Of a stretch of 45,349 nucleotides of DNA, positions 1 through 8,600 are shown in pieces (the stretch's first letter is position 1; each line of letters begins with the position of its first letter). The translations under genes and the position numbers were made by a program. The DNA lies in NCBI RefSeq assembly GCF_013004595.1, contig NZ_JABEMC010000008.1, positions 62,001 to 107,349 of the forward strand, written 5' to 3'. This DNA is from Brevibacterium luteolum. GTDB taxonomy: Bacteria; Actinomycetota; Actinomycetes; Actinomycetales; Brevibacteriaceae. The notes beneath the pieces are model-generated. The model saw only the letters and a program-made list of their open reading frames with translations, was not told the DNA's origin and did not search any database.

Positions 1-77
1 CCGCCGGATCCGACGAAGACTCCGCACCGGCCCCGGCCAACCGGGCTGAGCGCCGCAAGGCCAAGAAGAAGCGCTGA
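1..77 (+). CDS. secA: 3' end of probable preprotein translocase SecA (partial)
   Basis: Frame 3 reads AGSDEDSAPAPANRAERRKAKKKR-stop (TGA 75-77). The basic NRAERR tail and the convergent Rv3235-family neighbour fit actinobacterial secA. Only 24 codons are visible. Confidence 0.55.
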   Translation, partial: AGSDEDSAPAPANRAERRKAKKKR

Positions 78-88
78 TCACCAGCTCG

Positions 89-133
89 TGATGGCGGTCT
101 GTCGGCAGCATCTGCTGCCGCAGGCCGCCATCA
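89..133. terminator. GC-rich hairpin between convergent genes, likely bidirectional terminator
   Basis: Imperfect inverted repeat tgatggcggtctgtcggcagca / tgctgccgcaggccgccatca. Confidence 0.65.
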
Positions 134-179
134 GCATTCACGGACGAATCGACGGTTGCCTCAGGCGGTCTCCAGCGGT

Positions 180-677
180 TCAGGCGGTTTCCAGCTGGGT
201 GACGAGCCACCGGTTGCGGATGTGCTCCAACCGCAGGGCGACCGCACGGTGGCGCCGGCCGGTGTTGACGACGACCGCCGCCTCGGCCACGCGCGGGCCG
301 ACAAGGCACACCCGCGGGTTGCCAGCAGAGAGCATCGCAGGACGCGGTGGTGCCGCCTTGGCCAGCTGCTGCCGGTATGCGGCATGCGCGCGGATCCGCT
401 CGAAGAGATCCGGGGCCACCCATTTGCCGACCGATGACGGGGCACGCGTGCCGCCGAAGATTTCGATGATCGCCACCGACAGTGACGACGCGGCCGCCTG
501 CAGCGCTTCGATGAGGTCCTGTTGCTCGGCCTCCGCTGCGCGGCTGGTCTCGGGTTCCGGTCGCCGCGTGGCAGCCGGAACTGGCGACGGTGCCTGTCTC
601 GGTGCAGTCTCGGCGCGCGGCCTGGGGCGGGTGAGGGTCAGTTCGCCGGGTGCGGCGTCGGTCATCATCGTGGTCAT
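180..677 (-). CDS. Rv3235-family protein
   Basis: C-terminal EAAVVV..GRR.RAVALRLE...NRWLVTQLE pattern; position downstream of secA. Confidence 0.8.
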   Translation of the reverse strand: MTTMMTDAAPGELTLTRPRPRAETAPRQAPSPVPAATRRPEPETSRAAEAEQQDLIEALQAAASSLSVAIIEIFGGTRAPSSVGKWVAPDLFERIRAHAAYRQQLAKAAPPRPAMLSAGNPRVCLVGPRVAEAAVVVNTGRRHRAVALRLEHIRNRWLVTQLETA

Positions 678-1468
678 GGCATCTCCAATCGCTGTCCAGG
701 CATGATGAGGTTCGGGTCGGCACCGATGATGTGCCGGTTGGCGTCGTGGATCGCATCAACGCGATCAATGAGCTCTGCGCTCTCGGCCCCGGCGTAGTGC
801 TCGGCGGCGATCGTCCAGAGGGAATCTCCTGCGCTCACCGTTGCAACGTCAGGCGAGGCCGGGGTTCTGTGATCATCTGAGTCCCTGCCGTGGTCCGTTC
901 CCGAGGTGCCGGGCTGCTGCGTGGGAGCGTCCGGATAGGGAGTGGTCGGGTCCTCGTCATCGGCAGTCGGTGACGTCGATTCCTCCGATGGCGGAGCCGG
1001 GCTGTCAGTCGGGCCGGCGGACGGTGAGTCCGGCGACCGGGTCGGCCAGCCAGGGGAGGAGGGCGCTGTCGTGCTCGACTCTGCAGGGCGGGTCGGCCAG
1101 CCGGGAGACGGCGCATCGGGTGCTGCCGCGGCGGCCGTCGCGAAGCCGGTGCCTGTCAGGATGAGGCCGGCACACGAGGCGGCGACAACACGCCGGAACC
1201 TGGCCGGGCTCATCGCAATCGCCGCCTGGGCGCAGCGGTCGGCAGCCACGTGACCGAACAGCCGAGCCGCATGGGCGAGACCACTGAGCACCGTGGCGCA
1301 CGTGAGACGCGCACCGGCGAGGACTGCTGCACTGCCGGCGATGAGCACCAGACCGGCGCCGATGTCACCTTGACCGAGCGCCACCATCAGCTCCGGGGCG
1401 CTGGCACACAGCCACAGGGTCATGACGATGTGTGTGAGGCTCAGCAGCCGTGTCAGCCAGATCAGCAT
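674..1468 (-). CDS. Membrane-associated LysM peptidoglycan-binding protein
   Basis: N-terminal hydrophobic segments, Pro/Ser/Thr-rich linker, C-terminal LysM (TVSAGDSLWTIA...IGADPNLIMPGQRLEMP). Start moved to ATG 1468, which has AGGAG upstream. The stop overlaps the next gene's start by 4 nt. Confidence 0.85.
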   Translation of the reverse strand: MLIWLTRLLSLTHIVMTLWLCASAPELMVALGQGDIGAGLVLIAGSAAVLAGARLTCATVLSGLAHAARLFGHVAADRCAQAAIAMSPARFRRVVAASCAGLILTGTGFATAAAAAPDAPSPGWPTRPAESSTTAPSSPGWPTRSPDSPSAGPTDSPAPPSEESTSPTADDEDPTTPYPDAPTQQPGTSGTDHGRDSDDHRTPASPDVATVSAGDSLWTIAAEHYAGAESAELIDRVDAIHDANRHIIGADPNLIMPGQRLEMP

Positions 1469-1633
1469 TTCAACTCCTATCAATGTGCTTATAAGAATGA
1501 CAAAGAACAGCAAACGAAGTCAATAGATACTAAAAAGTAGTATTGAGATTCGACTGGATTCGAATGACAGAGATTGAGCTGAGGTGTGTGCGGAACCCGT
1601 GCCCGGCGTTCGCTGTTCTGCGATCATGGGCTC

Positions 1634-2212
1634 ATGACTGAGCCGACATCACCGCGCGGAGACGACACCTCAGGTGCCGATCGCGTCGAGGCGCTCTTCG
1701 CCGACCTCGCCGCTGAGGAACAGGGGCGCACCGCTCATGAGCGGATGGGTGAGCTCGGGGATCTTGTCGCAGGAGAGTTCGCCGATCACGGTCTCGCCCA
1801 CCGGCTCGCCGGTGCTGTCGGCGCTCCGGTCGAGGTGCATGTCGCGCGCACATGGTTCGACGGCATCATCGATGCAGTGGGGCAGCAGTGGGTGCTGCTG
1901 CGCGGACGGGTGCCCGGCGCCCCACGGGCGCTGGTGAACCTGGCTCGGGTCGACCATCTGCGCATGCGCCGGGTCGCTCACGGCTCTGATGCCGTCATCT
2001 CCCGGCTGTCGATCCGCTCCCCGCTGCGCAGGTTCGGCGAAGGCCGACGCGAATGCCGGGTGTTCTGCGGATCCGACGGCCAGGTGTTGGAGGGAATGGT
2101 CGATGCCGTCGGCGCTGACTACCTGCAGATCCGCCGCGGAGCCGCCGTCGATCTTGTGCCGCTGCATGCGCTGGCAGCAGTGCAGGACCTCACGCCAGGT
2201 GACAGTGTCTGA
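1634..2212 (+). CDS. Conserved hypothetical protein with two internal beta-rich repeats
   Basis: High-GC codon usage; 'VEALFADL' N-terminus; repeats GIIDAVGQQWVLL and GMVDAVGADYLQI. Start uncertain (1586 or 1634). Confidence 0.7.
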   Translation: MTEPTSPRGDDTSGADRVEALFADLAAEEQGRTAHERMGELGDLVAGEFADHGLAHRLAGAVGAPVEVHVARTWFDGIIDAVGQQWVLLRGRVPGAPRALVNLARVDHLRMRRVAHGSDAVISRLSIRSPLRRFGEGRRECRVFCGSDGQVLEGMVDAVGADYLQIRRGAAVDLVPLHALAAVQDLTPGDSV

Positions 2213-2215
2213 CGC

Positions 2216-2437
2216 TCAGACGTCGACGCGGCCTTCCCGGATCTCCTGCTGAGTCTGGGAGTACATCCGCTGAATGTAGTCCTCCAGCTCAGCCTTCTCG
2301 ATCCGCCACTGCCCGCGGCCACCGACCTTGATGGCGCGCAGCTCACCGGAGCGCACAAGAGCGCGCGCCTGCGTGACGGTGACATTCAGGATCTCCGCGA
2401 CGTCGGTGAGGGGGAGGAAGCGGACTTCGGCAACCAT
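2216..2437 (-). CDS. Excisionase/BldC-like helix-turn-helix DNA-binding protein (73 aa)
   Basis: RFLPLTDVAEILNVT..QARALVRSGELRAIKVGGRGQWRI is an HTH_17-type pattern; AGGAG precedes ATG 2437. Confidence 0.85.
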   Translation of the reverse strand: MVAEVRFLPLTDVAEILNVTVTQARALVRSGELRAIKVGGRGQWRIEKAELEDYIQRMYSQTQQEIREGRVDV

Positions 2438-2554
2438 GATCGGCACTCCTTTGCAGCTGCGCACGCAGGCGCTCGCGCCCGGTGCTCTGCAGCTCATTGT
2501 GATCGCCTCCATCATAGACGACTTTGCTGTCAGATCGTGGCGTTCGCTGTGACT

Positions 2555-2577
2555 TGTGGACAGTGGTGTTGTCCACA
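2555..2577. promoter_or_regulatory. Inverted pair of DnaA-box-like 9-mers
   Basis: TTGTCCACA at 2569-2577 (+) and CTGTCCACA at 2563-2555 (-). Confidence 0.55.
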
Positions 2578-2676
2578 GCCCTGTTCCCATGCGTCGCCTT
2601 ATATGTAAGGTAGTCGGAGATGGCGGGCCGGCATCGACCGACCCGCCACTGCAGTCCCCTCGAGCAAAGGAGCTCC

Positions 2677-3309
2677 ATGTCCTTCCGCGAACCCAAGCGC
2701 GCCGAACGGCTGCGCCCACCGCGCTGGCGCGACCCCAAGCTCATCATCGGAGCGCTCATCGTCGCCGCCTCGATCCTCGGCACCTGGTTCATCGTCAACC
2801 AGGCAGCCAACACGATGACCGTCTGGACCGCCTCCCGCCCGCTCGTGCCCGGCCACGCCATCACCGCCGATGACCTCAGCGCCACAGAAGTGCGGATGAC
2901 CGAGGCGGAGGAGCACTACCTGCCGACCAGCGCAGAGATCCCCGCCGGAGCGACCGTGCTCTCCAGCATCGCCCCCGGCGAACTCATCCCGGCCTCCCAG
3001 GTCGGCACGGCCGACCAGCTGGCCGGCCGCGTCATCGCCCTCGATGTGCCAGGCGGACTGCCCGGTCAGGTCGACGCCGGGTCGACGATCGACCTGTGGG
3101 GCACCGACACCCGCATCGAAGACTCAGCACCCGAGCTCATCCTCAGCAGTGTCGCCGTCATCTCCGTCGATCGCGACAGCGGCGGGTTCGCCGGTGCGAA
3201 CACCAACCGGATCGAGGTCTTCGTCCCCACCGAGGACATCGACGCCGTGCTCACGGCCCTGGCCGGTGAGCATCACATCTCCGTCGCGGCAGTCCCGGAG
3301 CATGGATGA
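2677..3309 (+). CDS. SAF-domain / RcpC-CpaB-like membrane protein
   Basis: WRDPKL followed by a TM helix; SAF motif VWTASRPLVPGHAITADDL; C-terminal GSTIDLW; AAAGGAG before ATG 2677. Confidence 0.8.
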   Translation: MSFREPKRAERLRPPRWRDPKLIIGALIVAASILGTWFIVNQAANTMTVWTASRPLVPGHAITADDLSATEVRMTEAEEHYLPTSAEIPAGATVLSSIAPGELIPASQVGTADQLAGRVIALDVPGGLPGQVDAGSTIDLWGTDTRIEDSAPELILSSVAVISVDRDSGGFAGANTNRIEVFVPTEDIDAVLTALAGEHHISVAAVPEHG

Positions 3310-4601
3310 GCGCCCATCCGCCTGTGCCCACCGGCGTCATCGTCGCCGTCGACCGGGACCACGAACCGACCGTGACCGCACGGCTGAGCGACGCACCCGA
3401 TTTCACGATCGTGCGCCGCCCGGCCGATGAGGTCGAGCTGCTCGCCGCAGCCAGTGCGGGGATGGGCGCTGTTGTCGTGCTCGGCCGCGAATTCCCGGGT
3501 CTCGACGCCGAGGTGGTCCGCCGCCTCCATGGCACCGGCGCCCGCCTGCTGGGCCTCGGGGACGACGAGGAGCAGTTCCGCGCCTGGGGTGTGCGCAGCC
3601 ACGTCTCCCCGTGGGACCCGCCCGAGGTGTTCCTCGCCGCGGTGCGCGACTGCGCCCAGTCGGTGGCCGTCCCGCCCAGGCCTGCCGAACCACCGCGGGC
3701 TGCCCAGACCCGCGAACCCGGACCGGTCATCGCCGTGTGGGGAACCGGCTCAGCCCCGGGCCGCTCGACCGTAGCTGCCGGACTTGCGCATCTGCTCAGC
3801 AGCCAGGGCACCTCCGTCGTCCTCATCGACGCCGACACCGTCACCGCCGGACAGGCGGCCATGCTCGGCATCGTCGACGATGCCCCGCAGCTGGCAGCAC
3901 TGTGCCGCCGCGCAGCCAGCGGCGTCCTGACCCCGGAACTGTTCAGCCGGCACCTGACGGCGATCAGCCCGCGCCTGCATCTCGTCACCGGTCTCAGCCG
4001 CGCCAGCCGCTGGCCGGAAGTCCGCCCAGCGCTGCTGAGCACGATCCTCGATGCCGCAGCCGCCACCGCCGATGTCGTCATCGTCGACATCACCGATCGC
4101 ATCGACCCCGATGACGAATTCGCCGACCCGCACTACGACCGGCACGCCGCCACCCGGGCGGTCCTCGACCGCGCCGACCACACGCTGCTCATCGCCCAGG
4201 CCGACCCGCTGGGCATTCAGCGGCTGGTGCGGCTGCTGGAGACCGAGCGCGGTGAGGAGCTGCGCGAGACCGCCACGATCGTCATGAACAAGGCCCGCGC
4301 CTCAGCGGTCGGTGCTGACCCGCAGACGGCGATCGACGCGACACTGTCCCGGTTCCTCGGACTCGACGGCTGCCACTACCTGCCCGATGACCGAGCGAAT
4401 GTCGACGCTGCGGTGCTGGCCGGGCAGGCGATCACCGAACACTCCCCGCGCAGCCCGCTCAGCCGCGCGCTCGGTCAGCTTGCCGCAGCCCTGCCCGGGC
4501 TGCCCGAACCGCAGCTGCGCCGCCGCGACCGCAGCTCCAAGCCGGCGGCCGCGCGTCGGGTTCGCCTTCCGCGGCTGCGCCGGAGGACAATGGCCACATG
4601 A
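3306..4601 (+). CDS. CpaE/TadZ/MinD-like P-loop protein with degenerate receiver-like N-terminus
   Basis: VIAVWGTGSAPGRSTVA (deviant Walker A), VLIDAD, VVIVD; start overlaps the SAF gene stop. Confidence 0.8.
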   Translation: MSAHPPVPTGVIVAVDRDHEPTVTARLSDAPDFTIVRRPADEVELLAAASAGMGAVVVLGREFPGLDAEVVRRLHGTGARLLGLGDDEEQFRAWGVRSHVSPWDPPEVFLAAVRDCAQSVAVPPRPAEPPRAAQTREPGPVIAVWGTGSAPGRSTVAAGLAHLLSSQGTSVVLIDADTVTAGQAAMLGIVDDAPQLAALCRRAASGVLTPELFSRHLTAISPRLHLVTGLSRASRWPEVRPALLSTILDAAAATADVVIVDITDRIDPDDEFADPHYDRHAATRAVLDRADHTLLIAQADPLGIQRLVRLLETERGEELRETATIVMNKARASAVGADPQTAIDATLSRFLGLDGCHYLPDDRANVDAAVLAGQAITEHSPRSPLSRALGQLAAALPGLPEPQLRRRDRSSKPAAARRVRLPRLRRRTMAT

Positions 4602-5089
4602 GCTCATATGTGCGCGCATACGTCCCCGTGACCTCTCACCATCTCGTCTCCGCCTGGCCGGCGATCACCGATGTGCTCGCCTTCGCCCCTGACGCCAATG
4701 GGCGCGCACTGCGCTCTGATGCCGGTGAAGAAGCCGAATTCACCGCACAGATGACAGCCGCCGAAGCCTGCCTCGACGAGGCGTTGCGCACCGGCGGCTC
4801 CCGCGTCGTCATCGCCTGCGACATCCCGATACTCGGCACCCAGGTTCGCTCCGTCGGCGCCGGCCTGGAGGCCTTCGGCCCGTTCAGCGTCGACCGGAGC
4901 CGGGTTGTGAGCTTCCACATCGACGACCCCGAAGTCGTCGCGGCCCTGCCGGACGATCAGGAGGCGGCTGCTGCGCTGCTGCGGTCCTCGCCGCTGCTGT
5001 GGTTCGACGCCTCAGAGGTCGGCGATCTCCTCGAGGCGTTCGCCCAGCAGCCGTTCGACGGTCGGGACGATCGCGGCCTCGACAGCTGA
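4598..5089 (+). CDS. Conserved actinobacterial protein (DUF6912-like)
   Basis: RAYVP, EEAEF.A...AA, RVVIACD, SFHIDD, LLWFD motifs; overlaps the ATPase stop. Confidence 0.7.
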   Translation: MSSYVRAYVPVTSHHLVSAWPAITDVLAFAPDANGRALRSDAGEEAEFTAQMTAAEACLDEALRTGGSRVVIACDIPILGTQVRSVGAGLEAFGPFSVDRSRVVSFHIDDPEVVAALPDDQEAAAALLRSSPLLWFDASEVGDLLEAFAQQPFDGRDDRGLDS

Positions 5090-5500
5090 GCCGAACAGCG
5101 GAATCGACGAGGTCACCTCGGCGACAACGGAGATCTCGGTGCCCGAACCGCTGATATCGGCAGGATCGGCGGCAGCGAAGTCGATGACGGCGCTGACCGC
5201 GACCGGCACCCCGGGCACCTCGGTCGACTGCTGAGCCCGCGCTGAGGACGCATCGGCAGCGGTCGCCGGGAGTGAGAAGTCCTGTTCGATGCGCGCCGTG
5301 TCCGGCAGGAACCGGCGCGCGGAGTCCGGCACTTCGTCAGCCGGCAGCGGAGCCGAAGTGCGCACCTGCAGACCCTCGGCGACCGAACCGGTGACCGTCG
5401 CCTCGGCGGTGGCATGCTCCCATATCTCACGTGATTCCAGGCGAGCGAGAATACGGTGCAGCGGGGCGGTCGAACGGCGCTGTGCGGTGATCGTCTTCAT
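5012..5500 (-). CDS. DUF2505-like (SRPBCC-fold) protein
   Basis: VPDSARRFLP and EVTSSIPLFGSAVE motifs; start moved to ATG 5500. Confidence 0.65.
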   Translation of the reverse strand: MKTITAQRRSTAPLHRILARLESREIWEHATAEATVTGSVAEGLQVRTSAPLPADEVPDSARRFLPDTARIEQDFSLPATAADASSARAQQSTEVPGVPVAVSAVIDFAAADPADISGSGTEISVVAEVTSSIPLFGSAVEAAIVPTVERLLGERLEEIADL

Positions 5501-5640
5501 GGTGTCAGTCTGCCATGTCGGGTACTGGCGAGCCGACCCGGCTGCGGGCATGAAAACCGCCTCATTCGCGGTTAGGGTAGAGGCGGGCGGCGAGGACGCT
5601 GCCCATCGCCTCATGTACTGACCAATGAGAAGGTGACATA

Positions 5641-8600
5641 GTGACCGAGGTCCGCTCGACCGAGATTGCACAAGCGTGGACAGACCTGACGGGATCCATT
5701 CCTCCCGCCGACCTCATCCCCGCGTACTTCCCCCGCATCAGCGACGCCGAGTATGAGACCTACGGGCCCAAAGCCCTCGCCGCGTCCGCCGCCCGGCACT
5801 ACGACGTCGCCCGCGGCTTCGACGGCACCACCCCCGTCGTCTCCCTGACCAACCTCTCAGCCAGCGATGACGACTACGCCGGCAACCGCACCGTCATCAA
5901 CATCGTGCTGCCCGACACCCGCTACACGCTGTCGTCGATCATCTCCGAGCTCACCGGCGCCGGACACAACATCCGCGCAGTGCGCCACCCGATCATCGTC
6001 ACCGAGCGCGCCGGCGACCAGCTGCAGATCGTGCCCTCGGCCGAACTGTCCCGGACCACCACCTCGACCTCGGCGCTGCCGACCATCACCCCGGGGATGT
6101 CGTCGACGACCCGGGCGAAGGAGTCCTGGGTACACCTGGAGATCGACCAGGTGCCCGAGGAGCAGTTCGACGAGCTGCGCGCCCAGATCGCCCGCGTCCT
6201 CGAATACGTCATCGCCGCCGAAGCCGACCGCGAGCAGATGCGCTCACGCGCCCATGAACTGGCCGAACAGCTGCGCAGCACCCCACCGCGGCCCGAGCTG
6301 GCCGACGAAGCCGCCGAATCCGCCGAGCTGCTCGACTGGCTCTCCGGCCGGTTCGCCTTCCTCGGCTACCGGGAGTACTCGCTCGACACCACCGGCGAGC
6401 AACTCGCCCTGCACCCGATCGAGGGCACCGCGATGGGCATCTCCGCGCTGCGCCCGGCCCGGTCCTCGCAGCTGTCGAAGAACGTCGCCGCCCGCGCCGA
6501 AGAGTCGCGTGTGCTCGTGCTGACGAAGGCGAACTCGCGCTCGCACGTCATCCGCCGCAGCTACCTCGACTACCTCGGCGTCAAGACCTACGACGAGAAC
6601 GGGGCGGTCATCGGTGAGCGCCGCTTCGTCGGCCTCTACACCTCGGGCATGTACAACGCCTCCGTCCTCGACATCCCGGTCATCCGGCAGAAGGTCGCCT
6701 GGGTTCTGCGCGAATCCGGCGTCGAACGCGACACCCACTCCGGTGACGAGCTGCTCTCGATCCTGGAGACCTACCCGCGCGATGATCTCTTCCACGCCGA
6801 TGTCGAGGAGATCTTCGAGGTCGTCATGCAGGTCCTCGACCTGAAGGAGAAGCGCGAGTCCCGCGTCTTCATCCGCCGCGACCCCTACGCCCGTTACGTC
6901 TCCGTGCTCGTCTACGTCCCCCGCGACCTCTACGACACCGACTCGCGCCTGCGGGTGGAGAAGGTGCTGCGCGACGCCTACCAAGCCGACACCGTCGATT
7001 TCGATGTGCTGCTCAGTGAGTCGGCGCTCGCCCGCCTGCACTTCGTCGCCCGGGTCCCGCGCAACATCAGCCTGCCCGAGGTCGACGCGCACACCGTGTC
7101 CGAGCGGATCACCAGCGCGCTGCGCTCCTGGTCCGAGGACGTGTGGGAGTACCTCGCCCCGCACAACGCCCGCCACACCGCAGCAGAGCTCGACCGGGCG
7201 CGCACCTGGTCCGAGGCGTTCCCGCCGTCCTACATCGAATACAACACGCCGCAGGACGCCGTCGAGGACATCGCGCTGTTCGAAAAGCACGACAGCGATG
7301 ACGAACCGCTTGTCAAGATGGCCCGGCCCAGGGGAGTGCCGCGCAACCAGGCCCGCCTGTCGTTCTACCGGCTCAACCCGGCCGGGCTGTCGGAGATCCT
7401 GCCGTTCCTGTCGAACCTCGGCGCCTCCGTGATCGACGAGCGGCCCTACGTGATCGACCTGCCTGATGGCAGCTGCCGCTACATCTACGACTTCGGTCTC
7501 GAGTTCGAAGACGAGATCTCCTCCCAGGACTTCGAGCGGATCGAAGAGGCCTTCGCCGCCGGCTGGAAGGGGCTGCGCGAGACCGGCAGCATGGACCGGC
7601 TCATCGTCGCCGGCTTGCCGTGGCAGGACCTCGCCGTGCTGCGCGCCTTCACCCACTACCTGCGCCAGGCCGGCTTCTCCTACTCCGACAAGTACCTCGG
7701 CTCCGTGTTCACCTCGAACCCGGACCTCTCGGCGCTGCTGCTGGGCTACTTCCACGCGAAGTTCGACCCGGACCTGACCCCGGCCGTCGGCACGCGCGAC
7801 GAGCACATCTCCCAGATCCACGACCGCATCGAGCAGGCGCTGTCCGAGGTCACCAGCCTCGACGCCGACCGCGTGCTGCGCGCAGTGCTCTCACTCATCG
7901 ACGCCACCGTGCGCACCAACGTCTTCCAGCCCGAAGACGGCTCGCTGCCGCGGGCGGCGGTGTACAAGATCCTGCCCCCGCAGCTCGACTTCGTGCCCAA
8001 GCCGAAGCCGGCCTACGAGATGTGGGTGTACTCACCCGAGGTCGAAGGTGTGCACCTGCGCTTCGGCAAGGTCGCCCGCGGCGGCCTGCGCTGGTCGGAT
8101 CGCCGCGATGACTTCCGCACCGAGGTGCTCGGACTCGTCAAGGCGCAGATGGTGAAGAACGCACTCATCGTGCCCACCGGCGCCAAGGGCGGATTCGTGC
8201 CCAAGCAGCTGCCGGACCCGGCGCAGGACCGCGATGCGTGGCAGGCTGCCGGACAGGCCGCCTACGAGGTGTTCATCAACGCTCTGCTCGATGTCACCGA
8301 CAACCTCGAATACACCCCCGAAGGCAATGTCGTCGTCCAACCCGAGCGCACCGTCATCCACGATGACGACGACTCCTACCTCGTCGTCGCCGCCGACAAG
8401 GGCACCGCCCGGTTCTCCGACGTCGCCAACGGGATCGCCGCCAGCCGCGGCTTCTGGCTCGGCGACGCGTTCGCCTCCGGCGGCTCGGTCGGCTACGACC
8501 ACAAGGCGATGGCGATCACCTCCCGTGGTGCCTGGAAGTCCGTCGAACGGCACTTCCGCGAACTCGGCGTCAACACCGCCACCGACGACTTCACCGTCGT

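Noticed and set aside
2216..2437. Excisionase-like HTH as evidence for a prophage or ICE
   Set aside because: There is no integrase, att site or phage gene nearby, and the gene sits in ordinary core-like context.
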